The notes below the pieces were generated by a model. The model was not told the origin of the DNA. It saw only the letters and a list, made by a program, of their open reading frames with translations, and searched no databases. Both the position numbers and the translations under genes were made by a program. Positions 1 through 14,032 of a stretch of 64,000 nt of DNA are shown here, piece after piece; position 1 is the stretch's first letter; every line of letters begins with the position of its first letter. This DNA comes from Octopus sinensis (taxonomy: Eukaryota): NCBI RefSeq assembly GCF_006345805.1, contig NC_043006.1:71858001-71922000 (forward strand). Reading direction: 5' to 3'.

Positions 1-1051
1 ACATATATATGTGTATATATAGATGTCGTGCTTGGGCTGCCTTGAAGAATTTTACTTATCTTTAGGTAACGTACTTATTCTATCACTCCTTTCTGCAGAA
101 GCACTAAGTTATGGGAACATAAAGAAACCAGCACCGGTTGCCATACAATAGCAGAAACAAATACAGTCACGAAGAAACACACATACTGGTTTCCAGAGCT
201 AAAGTAGAAGACACCTGCCCAAAGTGCTGTGCAGTGGGACTGAACCTGAGACCATGTGGTTGCAAAGTGTGTTTCTTAACCATACAGTCATGCCCGCACC
301 TAAAAGAGAACGTACAACTACAGAGGGAGTTGAACCTGCAACCTTCAGATCACTAATTAAATTAGCTTTAAGCATTTGATATTATATATAAATTTATACA
401 TATGTGTATGCACACATGCACATGTATTATATATATATATGCACACACACACATATATATATACATAAGTATACATACATATATACACACAGTACATATA
501 TATTAATGTATGTGGAGTTATGTCAAACAGCTGTCATTGCATATAGAACAAATCTGGCTACTGGCTAAGTCTGTCATGAGGATTGCCACACCACCTGTTT
601 TTTACAAGACAAAGCAAGCAGTGTTCCTCTGTCTGATGGTGAAAGAGGATGTGTGGTGGATAAAGAGAGGACTAAGGACAAATGCTTTCATTGACTTTTC
701 CACATTTCACTTGGTTAAAAGGCAGGTGACTGAAGCAAGCATGATCAATGTGAATGGAACTATTCTAAGTATGTACCTATAGATTGGAGAACAACATTTT
801 AGTTACAGTTTGAGGTCTTAGTGGTCAGTTTGACTGTGGATCTGGATGGTTCCTTGACTGACCATAGCTGGAGGGTCTTCTGTATGAGGAGGACCACATC
901 ATACATGTGTTCACATTTTGTACACTGTATATACTTTTTATCCCAACTCTCTCCCACATCTTTTTTATGTACCCCTACTCCTACAAATCATAACCTGTCC
1001 TTGTAATGCCCTTCTAATCAAACACCACTGTAGCAAACAAAAATCATTAAA

Positions 1052-1066
1052 TGTACATATATATAT

Positions 1067-1121
<55 letters not shown>

Positions 1122-1154
1122 TATATATATACACACACACACATATATATATAT

Positions 1155-1217
<63 letters not shown>

Positions 1218-1229
1218 CACACACACACA
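1052..1229. repeat. Compound (TA)n/(CA)n microsatellite
   Basis: Directly visible. Similar tracts at about 1676-1790, 4358-4390, 21925-21970 and 44108-44290; (GA)n at 5338-5366. Confidence 0.95.
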
Positions 1230-1230
1230 C

Positions 1231-1673
1231 GCCGGTGGCACGTGGCACACAAGGGGGCTGTCCGAACGTGGCCGTAGCCGGTGCCGCATCGACTGGTCTC
1301 CGTGCTGTGGGCACGTAGCAAGCACCATCCGATCGTGGCCGTTTGCCAGCCTCATCTTGCACCTGTGTCGGTGGCACATAAAAACACCATCCGAGCGTGG
1401 CCGTCTGCCAGCCTCGTCTGGCACCTGTGTCGGTGGCACATTAAAAACACCATCCGAGCGTGGCCGTTTGCCAGCCTCGTCTGGCACCTGTGTCGGTGGC
1501 ACATAAAATCACCCACTACACTCTCGGAGTGGTTGGCGTTAGGAAGGGCATCCAGCTGTAGAAACACTGCCAGATCTGACTGGACTGGTGCAGCTTTCAG
1601 GCTCCCCAGACCCCAGTTGAACCGTCCAACCCATGCTAGCATGGAAAGCGGACGTTAAATGATGATGATGATG
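1231..1673 (+). mobile_element. Young RTE family-2 3'UTR copy with an internal 62-bp tandem repeat
   Basis: CpG-intact. Units start at 1323, 1385 and 1448. Ends CCATGCTAGCATGGAAAGCGGACGTTAAATGATGATGATG. Related tails: + at about 28000-28265, 47836-48430 (three), 49740-50000, 58736-58920, 63575-63905; - at about 8753-8958, 30153-30545, 44473-44880, 49140-49400, 60045-60365. Confidence 0.8.
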
Positions 1674-1763
<90 letters not shown>

Positions 1764-3364
1764 GAAAAAGAGAGAGAGATGTAACACACATACATATATC
1801 ATTATATTTAAAACACACATACAAACATTGATATGTCATCGTACTTTTTAACGCTCACTTTTCTGTGCTTGCAGGGGTCAGATAGAATTCATTGAAGTAT
1901 AATTTCTACAGCTCAATGCTCTTCTTGTTGCCAGTCCTTACCTGTTTCCCATGGGCGAACACGTTTTCACAGAAGACACACACATACATCTATACACATA
2001 TATCCATACACACAAACAGCTAAAACGACTCTACTTTTATATTTCATTTTCAATATTTGGTCCTAGATTAAGGCATTTGCCAAATAAATGCAACTCAGAA
2101 ATATATGCGTGACCAGCTCACCAGTTTAAACTGTAGATCTATTCCTTGTCTTCAGGGTAATTTTTCATCTTTGCTCTACTCTATAGATCTAAGATCCTCC
2201 AGCATACACGGCAGTCTCTACCTGGTCGGATGGCCTTCTACAAACAGAAGCCAAATTTCCCATAAATAACGTCATACCGTCTTAAAACTCAAGATATCTA
2301 TCTATATTGGATAACGTGATACTAGATACATCATAGCTGTAATATAGAGAGGGTGGACATGGCCGGAATACTTCTGCTCAGAAGTTTGTTGAATCAAGGC
2401 TGACCTGGGGCTAATAAACAGACGGCCATGAGGAATTGGCTATCGTGTGTGTGCGCGTTTGTATAACCAAATAAAGGAATACTTTCACCAATCTGCGGAC
2501 AAACCTACAGAGGAATGTAATAACCACCTGAGTTCAAACTATACACACACATATATATATATGTGTGTTCGAATAAAACAAATCTTTAAGTGGTAGAAAT
2601 CAATAGGCATCATTATCCAAGACAGAATCGATATGGGTAACATAACCCGGCTATTATGCAGCCATTTTGGCTATGTTGTGTGATCTGATGCGACTGAATC
2701 AATCAATAAATACATAGCATAAAAACCGATTATTGTTCTCTTTCAAAAACAAAATCTCTAGCAGAAGGTTTGGCAAGCCTTAAGTCGGAAGCCGCGAAAT
2801 ATTGACCCGGTGATATAAAAAAGAGAAAACCAATTTCAGGTGGGTGGGTACAATCTGAAATGAAATTTTCTGAAATTCAGATGCATCTGGACAAATAGCA
2901 GATTTTTTCTTGTTTGTGTTAAATAAATTAATAATAATTCTAGCAATTTGAAGGGAGTTTATTATTAACAATAACAATAATAATAACAACAACAACACAA
3001 ATTTCAAAAACAAAGATGCATGCAATCACATATTTTCCCTCTTTCTTTGTCCCCCGGTCAAAATTTTTCAAAATAAAAAATATTACTGAAAATATCTAAG
3101 ATAGTAAATCGCTTCTTAGAATTGTTCATAGTATTTCTATTTAGCTTCGCGGTTTTAAGTTCAAATTCAGCCAAGATCGACTTCTGTTGAAAATTAGAAA
3201 AAAGAAATCGAGAGGTCTATAAAAATATAAGGTCGAAACGATTGACTCTACACCTCCAACCTCAGAAAAATGACCTTGTCTTAAACTAAAAAAAAAAATG
3301 TTTTCTGCTTTACTCATATTTTCCCTTTATATTTCTCTTACTACCCTAGTTTCTACATAATTAC

Positions 3365-3514
3365 TGTGTCCGCACCAGTACCACTCTTGCGATTAATATC
3401 TTCGTTGACCAAGCGATCTACGGACATTTTTACGCTTGTCCCAAATCGGCAGAGTTACAGATATTATAAACCTCTCCTGTAGAAGTCATTAAATTTAATA
3501 AGAAATCCCTTACA
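3365..3514 (-). other. Candidate exon 2 after cassette 1, possibly first coding exon (ATG 3427: MSVDRLVNEDINRKSGTGADT)
   Basis: Perfect TACTAAC branch point (3543-3537) with the branch A 23 nt from a caccag| acceptor. AAAAATG start; 21 codons end exactly at an |gtaatt donor. Product not recognised. Confidence 0.35.
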
Positions 3515-3781
3515 CTGGTGCGCGAGAAAGGCCGAGGTTAGTAAGGGCTTCCACATTGGTTTAACGAAATAAAAAAAAATCCGATGGTGATAAAGACACA
3601 GAAAAACAGTGTTAAGGGTGAGAAAAAATCTGACATTTGAACGAACAAAAGGTAGACACCGGGCTTGATGAGAGAGAGAAGAGAAGAGAGAGAAAGACAG
3701 AGAGCGGGAGAAAGAGTGAGAGAAAGAGAGAGGGGGAAAGAGAGAGAATGTGTCATGTAAATAAAACAATGAAATACTTAC

Positions 3782-4025
3782 AGAAAGAACATGAATGGAT
3801 GCTGAAGTGAGGTGAAGAGGCGTGAATAGATGAAGCTGTTTTTCTTTCGATTTTCGTATAGTACTTTTTTAAAATTCAGCCGACATATAAGAGAATGAAG
3901 TAGTTTTGTACATTTGTAATTTGAATAAAGTTCCCTTGGGATCTCTGAGAATGTCGAGCCATTATTAAAGGCCGAGATGTTTCTAACTTCAACAAACACG
4001 GAGGACAGACAGGGGAGATAACTAC
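3782..4025 (-). promoter_or_regulatory. First-exon cassette copy 1
   Basis: AGTTATCTCCCCT ... GATCCCAAGGGAACTT ... CATTCATGTTCTTTCT|GTAAGTATTT (donor 3781-3776). Confidence 0.5.
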
Positions 4026-4354
4026 AGCAGCACCATCAGCAGCAGCATCAACACTAACAACAACAACAACAACATACAGAGATCAGAACAAAGACATGAG
4101 TCACAGACACACAGACATGTAATTTCTTTCTTAGGCACTAGGCCAATTTTCGTAAGGTGGAGAGGAATACCGAGTCGATTGAATCAACCAACCCCAGTGT
4201 AATATTGGTGCTTGTCTTATCGACCCCTGGATTTTTGCTTTCGAATAAATTATGAAAAAAAAATCAATAAACAAATATTGCACTTCTCATTCATTCATAT
4301 ATATGTTTGTGTTCGCGCGCGCGTAAATTAAATTTGACTGCAATCTACTATAAG

Positions 4355-4393
<39 letters not shown>

Positions 4394-6589
4394 AGGGGGA
4401 AATAGTAAATTTCAAAATATACCTTAATGTCTTTGGTTATGCTTCTTCATTTTTTCCCAAAGTGATCGATAAAATATCTAGCAGATTACAATGATGTTGC
4501 TCGGATTTGAACCCGCTTTCGAGATAGATAGACATGACTATATAATCGTTTAGTATTAAAAAAAAAAAAAAATTCATCGAAATCAATCACCGTAATGTGA
4601 GATCAATAACGTTGTCGACTTCGCCGTAAGTAAAGTTACAGCCAACAGAATAATTTAGAAAACAAAATACAGAAATGTGGAGGGAAGAAAGTAAATGAGT
4701 AAGTGACTGTACACAGAATATATGAATCGGCGTGTGACTGTAAGAAGAGTAACTATTTCCAAAGTGGACTTATTGATTCTAATCGGAGTTGAAATTCAAG
4801 GGAGATAACTTTATTATTTTTATTTCATTTAAATATAAAGGTTTATTAAATATGTAGTTTGTGTTATTTTTACGGGACAGACAGATAGATTTTATAATGC
4901 TCCTGCCTTTTCCGAGATGATTAGTAGCATAACTGAATCGAAGGCATTGAAACTTCGAATCGGAATCCGAACACAGAATCGATTACTGCCACATCACTGC
5001 ACGCACCAGAGGATTAAAGTAACACTATTGATTATTGTTGTTTCTGTTGTTGTTCGGCATAGGGCCAAATTTTGCAAGTGATGGAGAGTACATACAGTCA
5101 ATTGAATCGACCACATTAGATTAATAATAATATTTATTTATCGACTACACAGGATTCAAAGGCAGAGCTGACCCCGGCGGGATTTGAATATAGAAGTGCG
5201 TGCGTGCTCACACATGTGTGTCTGCGTGTGTGTGCGTCAGACATCAAAGTGTATAGTGTTATAAACATTTAGACCAGCTTGCCTTCACACAGCAATAATA
5301 TCGATCGCTTACACAGACGGCACAAAACCCCGGATTTATTGAGAGAGAGAGAGAGAGAGAGAGAGAAACAGGAGAGGGAGTGATAGGGGGAGGTAATGGG
5401 AGTGTGTGACGTGTGTCCCTTTCTCAAGGGCAATCATGAAGTGGAGTGAAATGGCTTCATATGAGAATGAAAAGTGGGTCGTGGACTCAGTTAACTGGTG
5501 TGGGGGAACTTCACTGCTTGCTATTCTCACACTGCAGTATTGATTCTCTCTTTTCACTTGGCACAATGCCCCCTCTTTGTAAAAGAAGGAGTGGTGGAAA
5601 AATAAGAGTCTTTAGCCGACTGACTCAATATTACTAAATAGGTTTCCCTTGAATCTTGGTGGTGCCTGAACACACACACACATACACATTCTTGCAGCAT
5701 TTTACTGTGAAGTATAATGTGAATAATCACACACACACATTCTTGTAATGGTATGTGTTTTAAGCAATTCAACTATGATGTACAATGGAAATAACCACAA
5801 ACACACAAACATATACTAACACACATTCTTTCAGTGGTATGTATTTCAAACAATTCAAAGTGTGGTGTGAATAACCACACACACACATACACACTATATT
5901 ATTCTAGACACACACAAATTGTCCATATTTTGCAACATGGTCAAGTTCTTGTAATCCCCATTTCCTTCTCCAATAAATGGCTCTATGCAAAATGTCACTC
6001 TACTTCATTTCATGCCACACCAACATTATAATTCTTGTCTTTATTACCAATCCACATCCTGCTGATTCAGACCATCACTGAACAATCCTTATCCACACAC
6101 ATATATATATATATATATATAGCAATGCTGAATGTTTTACAAAACTGCAAAATATTTGGTTCCATAGAGAGTAATACACAGAGGAATAAGGATCACAGTT
6201 GCAATGTCTTTGATCATAGATCTGCTCAACCAGAATTGACCTGGGGCTAAACAACAAGGGAACTTCTATATGGTTACGCAACCTGCCTGAAATAGCAGTC
6301 AAATCTCTTTCAAACTTATCCCCTATCATTTTTCGAAAAGATCACCTCTGATAATATTGTGTAGAGTCCACTAATTCTGAAGTAGTCCATGGGATGGGCA
6401 TGGTTTTAACATCTTTGTTTAGGTTTGAACAGTCAGAACCAACTTGGGGTTAAACAATAATAACAAATAAAGAAATGAAGAATTAAAATAAAAATTATTA
6501 AAAGAACTCCAGCTTGTTAATAGAAAATATAAATAGGGAACTTATGTTTTTAAGTCTGGCTGAACTAATAAATATTTCTTCATGTATAG

Positions 6590-6844
6590 CAGTGGTTCTC
6601 CACCAGAGTCCATATGATCCTTGGGGTCCACATAAGACTCTGTTGTTCAAAATTTATGTGCAATAAATTGGTTGTACTTCTACAATACACAAAATAATTT
6701 AACAATTTATTTTATGCAATTCCTAATAATACTTGATCATAAAAATATAACAAGATTCTTTAAACATCGAATGGCTGTGAGGGTCTACCTGAATAAAATA
6801 GGATTCAAAGGGGTCCATAGGTAAAAACTGGTTGAGAACCACTG
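6590..6844. mobile_element. hAT (Charlie-like) MITE
   Basis: TIR CAGTGGTTCTC / GAGAACCACTG; TSD decayed. Confidence 0.7.
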
Positions 6845-7198
6845 ATATAATGTGGACATAGTTGATAGATCAAGCTTTCATATATCAACAATGGAACCTC
6901 TACCTTGTTGCTTAAACTGCAAGAGATAGCAACTAAATCTCCCTTAAATTTAGCTTTAAAGTTGAAAAACAAAAAAGATACATTAAATAATGTAGAGCTC
7001 TGTATTCTCTACATATAAAAAAGGATGTTTATAACTGAAATGCCGTTGACCATAAGTCTGCTTCCATATTCAAAGTGACACATTTAATGAACCAACAAAG
7101 AAGTCTCTATATGTGACTTCTTGACCTGCTACAAATAGCAGCCAAATCTTCTTTAGGCCATCATATCAGAAAACAGCACAGTTCCCAAGGACTTTCAG

Positions 7199-7494
7199 AA
7201 CCTTTTTTTCACGCTGAGAGTTGCTGAAGCATGGAACAAACTGCCAGCATCAGTTGTTAGTTGTCGGAGCACTGCATCCTTCAAAACTTCCAAAGCTTTC
7301 TGAGATTCGCCAACACTACACCTGATTTTCTCCCTTCCATACACACGCAAGCATGTATCTGACTCATACACTGTTCGCTTTCCAGACATTTGTATATTAC
7401 TGCATATACTTTATATGCACTTTTTGACAAGTTGTGGAGCACCTGAACACTGTATACAATAATTTCATTATTATTATTATTATTATTTTATTAT
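7199..7494 (+). mobile_element. CR1/L2-clade LINE 3' end with (ATT)n tail
   Basis: FFTLRVAEAWNKLPASVV..S..SFK is the CR1-type ORF2 terminal motif. Confidence 0.8.
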
Positions 7495-10400
7495 CAAAGA
7501 AAAGCAGCTCATTGGTTAATGTAGTCTGGGGTACACTTTTTTTGGAAGTAGGGTAGATGTGACAAGGTCAGAACACCTTTGCTCATAGGTCTATTCAAAG
7601 AAGGCCAGCAACAGATAAATTCAACAAAATCATGTTCTAAATACATATAAAATAATCAATGGTCCTTCTGGGTTACGTTACAAATTCCAACCTTGTTATC
7701 TATTAACTTTGTGAAAACAAAGATATAATCAAGATAGGTTACAGATGGTCTGTGTCAACCAAAACTGGACTGGAAGTATGAAATGAAGACAGACATGTGC
7801 CATGTCACAAAACATTGGCTAATGTTGTATGCAGAGCCCTTTGTCTAACAAAAGAATCTGCTTCATTAACAGAGTTACCTTTTCTGGTTGCTGTAGTTGT
7901 TATTTAGCCCCAAGCAATCCCAATGAAGCAGATCCATGGAGCACAGGTAGTCAAATGACTATGTGCAATCCACAAAAGCATTACTTTTTCTTATTCCGAT
8001 GATGTTCCAGATATGAACATTGTGTGTCTTTTTTTATATTTTTATTTTGACAATGTGTATCTGGGAGTACATCATATCTAATGTGTCTTTCTGTTAAGAC
8101 AAAAGGTGCAATCTTAAGGAAATTTGACTACAAATTCTAGCAAGTAAATCAACTACATAGAGACTCACACCTTTTCTAGTGTTTGTGACAGTAGTAGTAG
8201 TAGCAGCAGCAGCAGTTGCTGTTGTTTAACATCATTTAGATTACCAACATTGACCAATACAATCTTATAACTGAAGGCAAACCAGCTTTGACCATTTAAA
8301 TTTTCTAAGGATATCTAAAACTACATTACGTAATTTTAAGGAAACTTGGCTTCTATTTCTGACAACGTGAGTGGCTATACAGAGTTTCCCTGGCCTGCTT
8401 ATAAAAAGATTAGTAACCTAAACCGATGGGTTGCTTTTTTTTCACAGAACACCATTATTGCTCATGACTACATATATGGTTTGTTGAATGTGTTATTTCT
8501 GTCACCATGTGTCAGTCACATTTGTAAAGGGTAAAATTACCCTTTGGTTATGAATGACCATGGAATTGTACCTAGAAAGTTCCCTCCAAGTCCAGGCTAG
8601 GTTGTTTATGGAAGACCAGCAGTTGCCCACACACACCGGTTAGCCTTCACTCTCCACGCCATGAATATTATCCAAGGGAAAGGCAAAAGCTGATACAGCT
8701 TGGCACCAGTGACATTGTAACTCATTTCTACAGCTGAGTGAACTGGAGCAATGTCATCGTTTAACATCCGCTATCCATGCTAGCATGGGTTGGACGATTT
8801 GACTGAGGACTGGCAAACCAGATGGCTGCACCAGGCTCCAATCTGATTTGGCAGAGTTTCTACAGCTGGATGCCCTTCCTAATGCTAACCACTCTGAGAG
8901 TGTAGTGGATGCTTTTACATGCCACCGGCATGAAGGCCAGTCAGGCGGTACTGGCAACATGAATTAAATTGTCTTGCTCAAGAACGCAACACACAGCGCA
9001 GTCCAGGAAGTGAACCTGACATTCTAACCACTGAGCCATGTGCCTTCACATTTGTAGCACTTCTATTAAATAGTGCAAGACATATGAATTAAAGATGAGT
9101 ATGTCAGGCTCATAATAGTGAGATTGTAGGTTCATTTCTCAAACTAGGTAATGTATTGTATCCTTGAGCAAAACACTCGGTTGAAAATGAGCACCAGTGG
9201 CACTTCCAGGGGACTTAATCCTGCAGCAGATTGACATCCTGTTCAGGAGAAGTCTTGTACTCTCAGCCAATACACCTTGAAATTCTGGATAAGCTCTGGC
9301 CACATCAGCCAGTCCAGGCTTGTAGCAGATTTTTATTTTCCATTAATAGGAAGAGTATGTGGGGTAGCAAGATTTTGTGTTACTTTAATCTTAAATTGAC
9401 AGAGCAAATACTAAAGAGATTTTTCTGTAAACAAAACCAAAGATCAACTTTTGAATTTCTGTATTTTGAGATTAGTGGACAAAAGAAGAGAAGTAAATAT
9501 TGCTAGAAATGCCTTACAATTACTGATACTCCTCTCTTAGTGGTGGTCATATACTTCACCTATGCCAGCATGGGTGAACGATGATGATAGAAATGATGGT
9601 GGTGGTGATGATGATGATGACAATGACAATTGTAAAAACTGAATCTTAAAGTCAAGCAGTCCTCTTCAAAGCCAGAATATACCTTAGTTCCAAAGAGTTG
9701 TTGACCCTCTTACAAAGCTTATATTGGACTTTTATTGAAGTGCTGCTCCTACACCTAAGATGGTGCTGTGCAAACACATGAAAGCCTGAAACCATGTCCT
9801 ATAAGAAGCCATCAACTTATCATTCAACACTCTTTAAATTCTAGCCCGAAGATGGGCTGCTTCCTCACAACTTTGCCTCTTCTAATAATACAATAACGAA
9901 CTTATTATATAAGATAATAGAATGAACTTATTGTATACAGTGTTCAGGTGCACTACAACGCATCAGAATAAGTAGCCCAAAGTGCTAACAACTGTTGCTT
10001 TGGTTACATCTCTTTACTGAGTTCAAATCCCTCCAAGCCCAATTATGCTTTTTATCCTTCTGGAGCTGTAAAACTGTTCAATACTAATATCTGGGGGGGT
10101 CAATATAATAAGCTATTCTTCCTTTGAGCTTGTGTCATAAATCAATATTTTATGACCCTTAAAAAGAAAACCAACCATGTTTAAGATTACATCAATAAAT
10201 CTATAAAACATAACCACTTTAAATATACAGCTGTGAATATGAGATATTTGATGTTTCACCCATTTCCACTACTGGAAACACATTAAGATCATCTTACACA
10301 CACACACACACGCACTCACACATACATATGTACACACACACACACACATACATACATACATACATACAGGAAGAGAGAAAGAGAAAGAGTTTGTTTTTTT

Positions 10401-10689
10401 AAAGTGGATTTACAATTTAGTTAGATAAGTACAATTCATAAACTCTTGGTCCTTGACTCACTTATGTAACTTCACATCTGAGTGTGCTTGTGTGTGTAGG
10501 GCTGATTGTCAACATCATCATCACTTAATGTCCACTTCTCAATGCTTGTATGGATCAAACAAAATTTGTTGAGGCAGATTTTCTACAGCCTCAGGCTGAC
10601 CAAAGCCTTGTGAGTGGATTTGGTAGATGGAAACTGAAAGCCCATATACATGACATATTCATGCCAAAGTAGTTTTCGTTCTCCTTATG

Positions 10690-11160
10690 ATCAGTTTTTC
10701 TCTCAGTACATTTGTACTATGTTGTTCATAAGCACTTACACGTCCCATGAAGTATGCTTGTTTCATTTCTTTCCTGTTTTGTCAAGCATTGCTGTTCTAA
10801 CACAAGAGTCATACAAACAGTCATTCTTCTTGCATACTACATCTGATTCCTCTTATACCCAGTTTTTCTCTCAGCACATTTGCACTATGTCATTCCTGCA
10901 CACATTGCACACCCAATGGAGCATGCTCACTGCATTTCTTTCTACTTTTCTCAAGTCCAAGTTGTCCTCTATATTCCTGGCTCATGTCTCATAAACATGC
11001 AACATCACAGTTCTAGCACAGGCATCGTACAATCTCTCCTTCACTCAGCAGGAAAAATCTTTTGTCACCAGGAGCAATAGAAACTCACTGAACTTTTTCC
11101 AGCTTAACCTGGCTACTATACTTTCGGAGCAGTCACCTCCCTGCTAATTACATCTCCTAG
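10690..11160 (-). mobile_element. RTE LINE RT C-terminal fragment (family 2)
   Basis: Decayed LGD..GGDCSESIVAR..WKKF..RLYDAC.RT.ML..ET..VLREKLGIRGIRC. Confidence 0.75.
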
Positions 11161-11442
11161 ATAATGAAAACTATTGACTACTTCTAGTGAGTGATTCAGG
11201 TGTTTAATAAAATCTATTTTGGTGTGCTCAGTGTACATCCATCCCCAATGCCTCTATCATATATGAAGCTTGCTTTCTCTGATAGTTTACTTGTGATTCT
11301 ATTGCACCTCTTGTGTGACTATAGATTACATAGGTTGCAGCATATGGAGTTCATAACTACTCCTTTTCTGCATACTGTGTAAAGAAATTTCCCTGAAGGT
11401 ACCAAAGTACCATGTTTTTTACTACTTTCCCCAAATCAACAA

Positions 11443-12554
11443 TACAAGGTGCATCCAGAGATTTTGAGCCTTTTTTTTTTTTTAGAAGAGGTAATCATAA
11501 CTGTCCTAGATGACTCTAATTGTAGTATAGCAATACTATACATTTAATAATCTGACCAACCAATTTTTTTTTTACCAGATTGAAGGAGACAACTGTAACA
11601 GCACTTTAAACATACACTACTAAACACCGCTTGTCACAGCTGATAAGTTTGCAGAATGAAGTCAGAATGTGAATGCAATTTGTCATGCAATAAATCTTGT
11701 GATAAACAGGGTAAAAATGCCACAGAAAATTATGAAATGATCCAGACTGGTCATGGATTGACTTGTATAAGCTAAGCATCTGTTTTTCTGCTGGCACAAG
11801 TGATTTAAGGACAGCAGAGAGGAGGCAAGAGACAATGAGAGGTGTGGGAGGGAGTGAGGCATCAGAACATCAGAGCCGGTTGATATTATTCAGTTCTCTG
11901 GATGAAGACTGTCTATAAAAACAATAAGCATAAAGTCTGGTGTGGCAACTCTACACAGATTTATTCATGAAAATCTGAACATGCACAAAATTTGTGCAAA
12001 GTTTGTTCCCAGGGCGCTCAGTGACAAACAGAAGAAAAGATGCATTGGTGAGAACAAGGAGATAGTTGAGTCCATTACCTCCAGTCCAAGAGTACTTAAG
12101 CATCTGGTGACTGTGACAAAAGTTAGATATACTGTTATGATCCAGAAACCAAGAGACAAAGTGCCCGATGGCAGCACCCTGGCTCCCATCCACAATTCTA
12201 TTCTGGTAACCAACTATTTGACAGATATGGGCATTGAAACTGTTCCTCACCCTTCCTACAGTCCAGACTATGCTCCCTGTGACTTTAGGTTATTCTTTCC
12301 CAAACTGAAAGGGAACCTCAGGAGCAGCCATTTTGAAAACATTGAGAAGATGAAGGCAGCTGTGACAAGGGCCCTGGACACCTTCACTTTGGAGGACTTC
12401 CCTGGGGCCTTCACAAAGTTGCTGGAGCACTACAAATGCATTGAAGTCAAAGGATACAACTTTGAAGGAGATTAGTGTTTTGCACTTCTTTGAAATTAAT
12501 AAATGTCTCTCCTGAAAAAAAAAAAAGTCTCAGAGCTTCAGGAGTGCACAATAT
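11443..12554 (+). mobile_element. Degenerate mariner transposon (transposase pseudogene, internally deleted)
   Basis: KFVPRAL, frameshifted VT-D..YCYDPETKRQS, and PHPSYSPDYAPCDF motifs. The HDNA region is missing. Decayed terminal inverted repeats (TACAAGGTGCATCC..T-run / A-run..GGAGTGCAC). Confidence 0.88.
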
Positions 12555-13812
12555 AGCAGTTTATTTTTAGCCAAGTATTTCTCTTACAGTTGCCTTGCTG
12601 GGAAGATTGCATTTGTGTTGCCTCTTCCTGGCACAAAGCCAAAAGGAATCTCATCTAGGTCTACTCTATCTTGGATCAATTGGGCTATGACTCTCTCCAT
12701 GACCTTCAGAAGCTGGTTTGATTCCTCTATAGTTGCTGTGCTCTTAGGTATCTCCTTTGCCTTTGTAGCAGTTTACAATGATACACACACACACACACAC
12801 GCACACATACACACACTCATACATAAGGGAGTGGATGGGTAGAATTATTACAGTCTCTGTCTGGGTTCAAATCCCACTAGGGTAAACTATGCTTTTTATC
12901 CCTCCGAGTTTGATACAATAAAGCACCTATCAAGTACTAGCATTGATTAATCAAATACATCCTCTGCCAAACTTTGTGTAATGTTTCAATATGAGAAATC
13001 AATATATATTACATTATATTTGTAGTTGAGAATTTAAACAATACATCTAAAAGATCTGAGAAGCAAATAGCAACATGAACAAACAGAAGTATGAAATAAT
13101 TAATTTACACTTTAAAGAAATAATACGCAAAATATAACATCAATAAAAGTTTGGTTGTACATAAACGTCTTGTAGAGAAATATGTTTATCATGTTTGTAC
13201 AAGTAAATTGGATAATTCATGAGTTATGTAAATAGTATCATTAATATATGTGACCAGTTGGCAAGAGATAATGCTATTCAGTGTTTTGTTCAGTTAAAAT
13301 GTACTTCCTACTGGTACAACTGAAAGAGAGTAGAAATATCATTGGTGCTTTTTTTTCAGAGTGAGCAAATTGCATTACTGAAGTAAAATAAAAAACCTAC
13401 AAGAAAAAACTTGCGCAAGCATGTCTGATGCTGAGGAAAGAGCTAAGAATGTAAGACAGGTTTGCATTTTGTTCATATAACCAAAATGACTCCCAGTATA
13501 ATGGTTTCTCATTGGTCCAAATAAAACTGGTGAAAGACATATTGAAAGATCAAAAGCTTCACCTAATTGAATGAAATTGCTAAAATGGTGAAATGTTCTT
13601 TTTCCTAGAACAATGGACATGATTGAATCATCTACCCACATGGCGCTTCTGTCAACTCTTTTAATACTCATAAATAATTATATCTAACTTCAGTGCAATA
13701 CCATAAATTTGGGAATGGGGGCAAACATCCTAAATTTTACTAGTCCTCAAATAATGAGAAGCAAAGTCAATCTCTTGGGATTTGAACATGGAATGCAAAG
13801 AAATGTCATTAA

Positions 13813-14032
13813 CCCTTTAATGTTTGCATTATTCTACCAAAATTAATGCTTATTCATCCACATTGTTTTGAACTAATCATGCATTATCTTGTAGCTATGA
13901 GATTTTGATGAGGTAGCTATTAATTTTTAAAACGATATTGTAGGGTTGGTGTGAGAGACCAGATCTGGCCAGTTTGAACATAAACAGACAGAATACCTTT
14001 GGCCGGATATGGCCAGTTTAAATGCTAAAGGG
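13813..14032. mobile_element. piggyBac-like MITE
   Basis: TTAA|CCCTTT ... AAAGGG|TTAA. Sister copies at about 32960-33171 and 29998-30578 (the latter carries an RTE tail). Confidence 0.8.

Noticed and set aside
1323-1510. CRISPR-like array
   Set aside because: The units are contiguous with no unique spacers, the context is eukaryotic, and there are no cas genes.
918-1820. Several overlapping 93-151 aa ORFs
   Set aside because: They are translations of (TA)/(CA) microsatellites and the tandem RTE 3'UTR repeat, with no coding signature.
11942-12475. Functional or domesticated transposase
   Set aside because: The 177-aa ORF crosses a frameshift at the first catalytic Asp, and the second Asp region is deleted.
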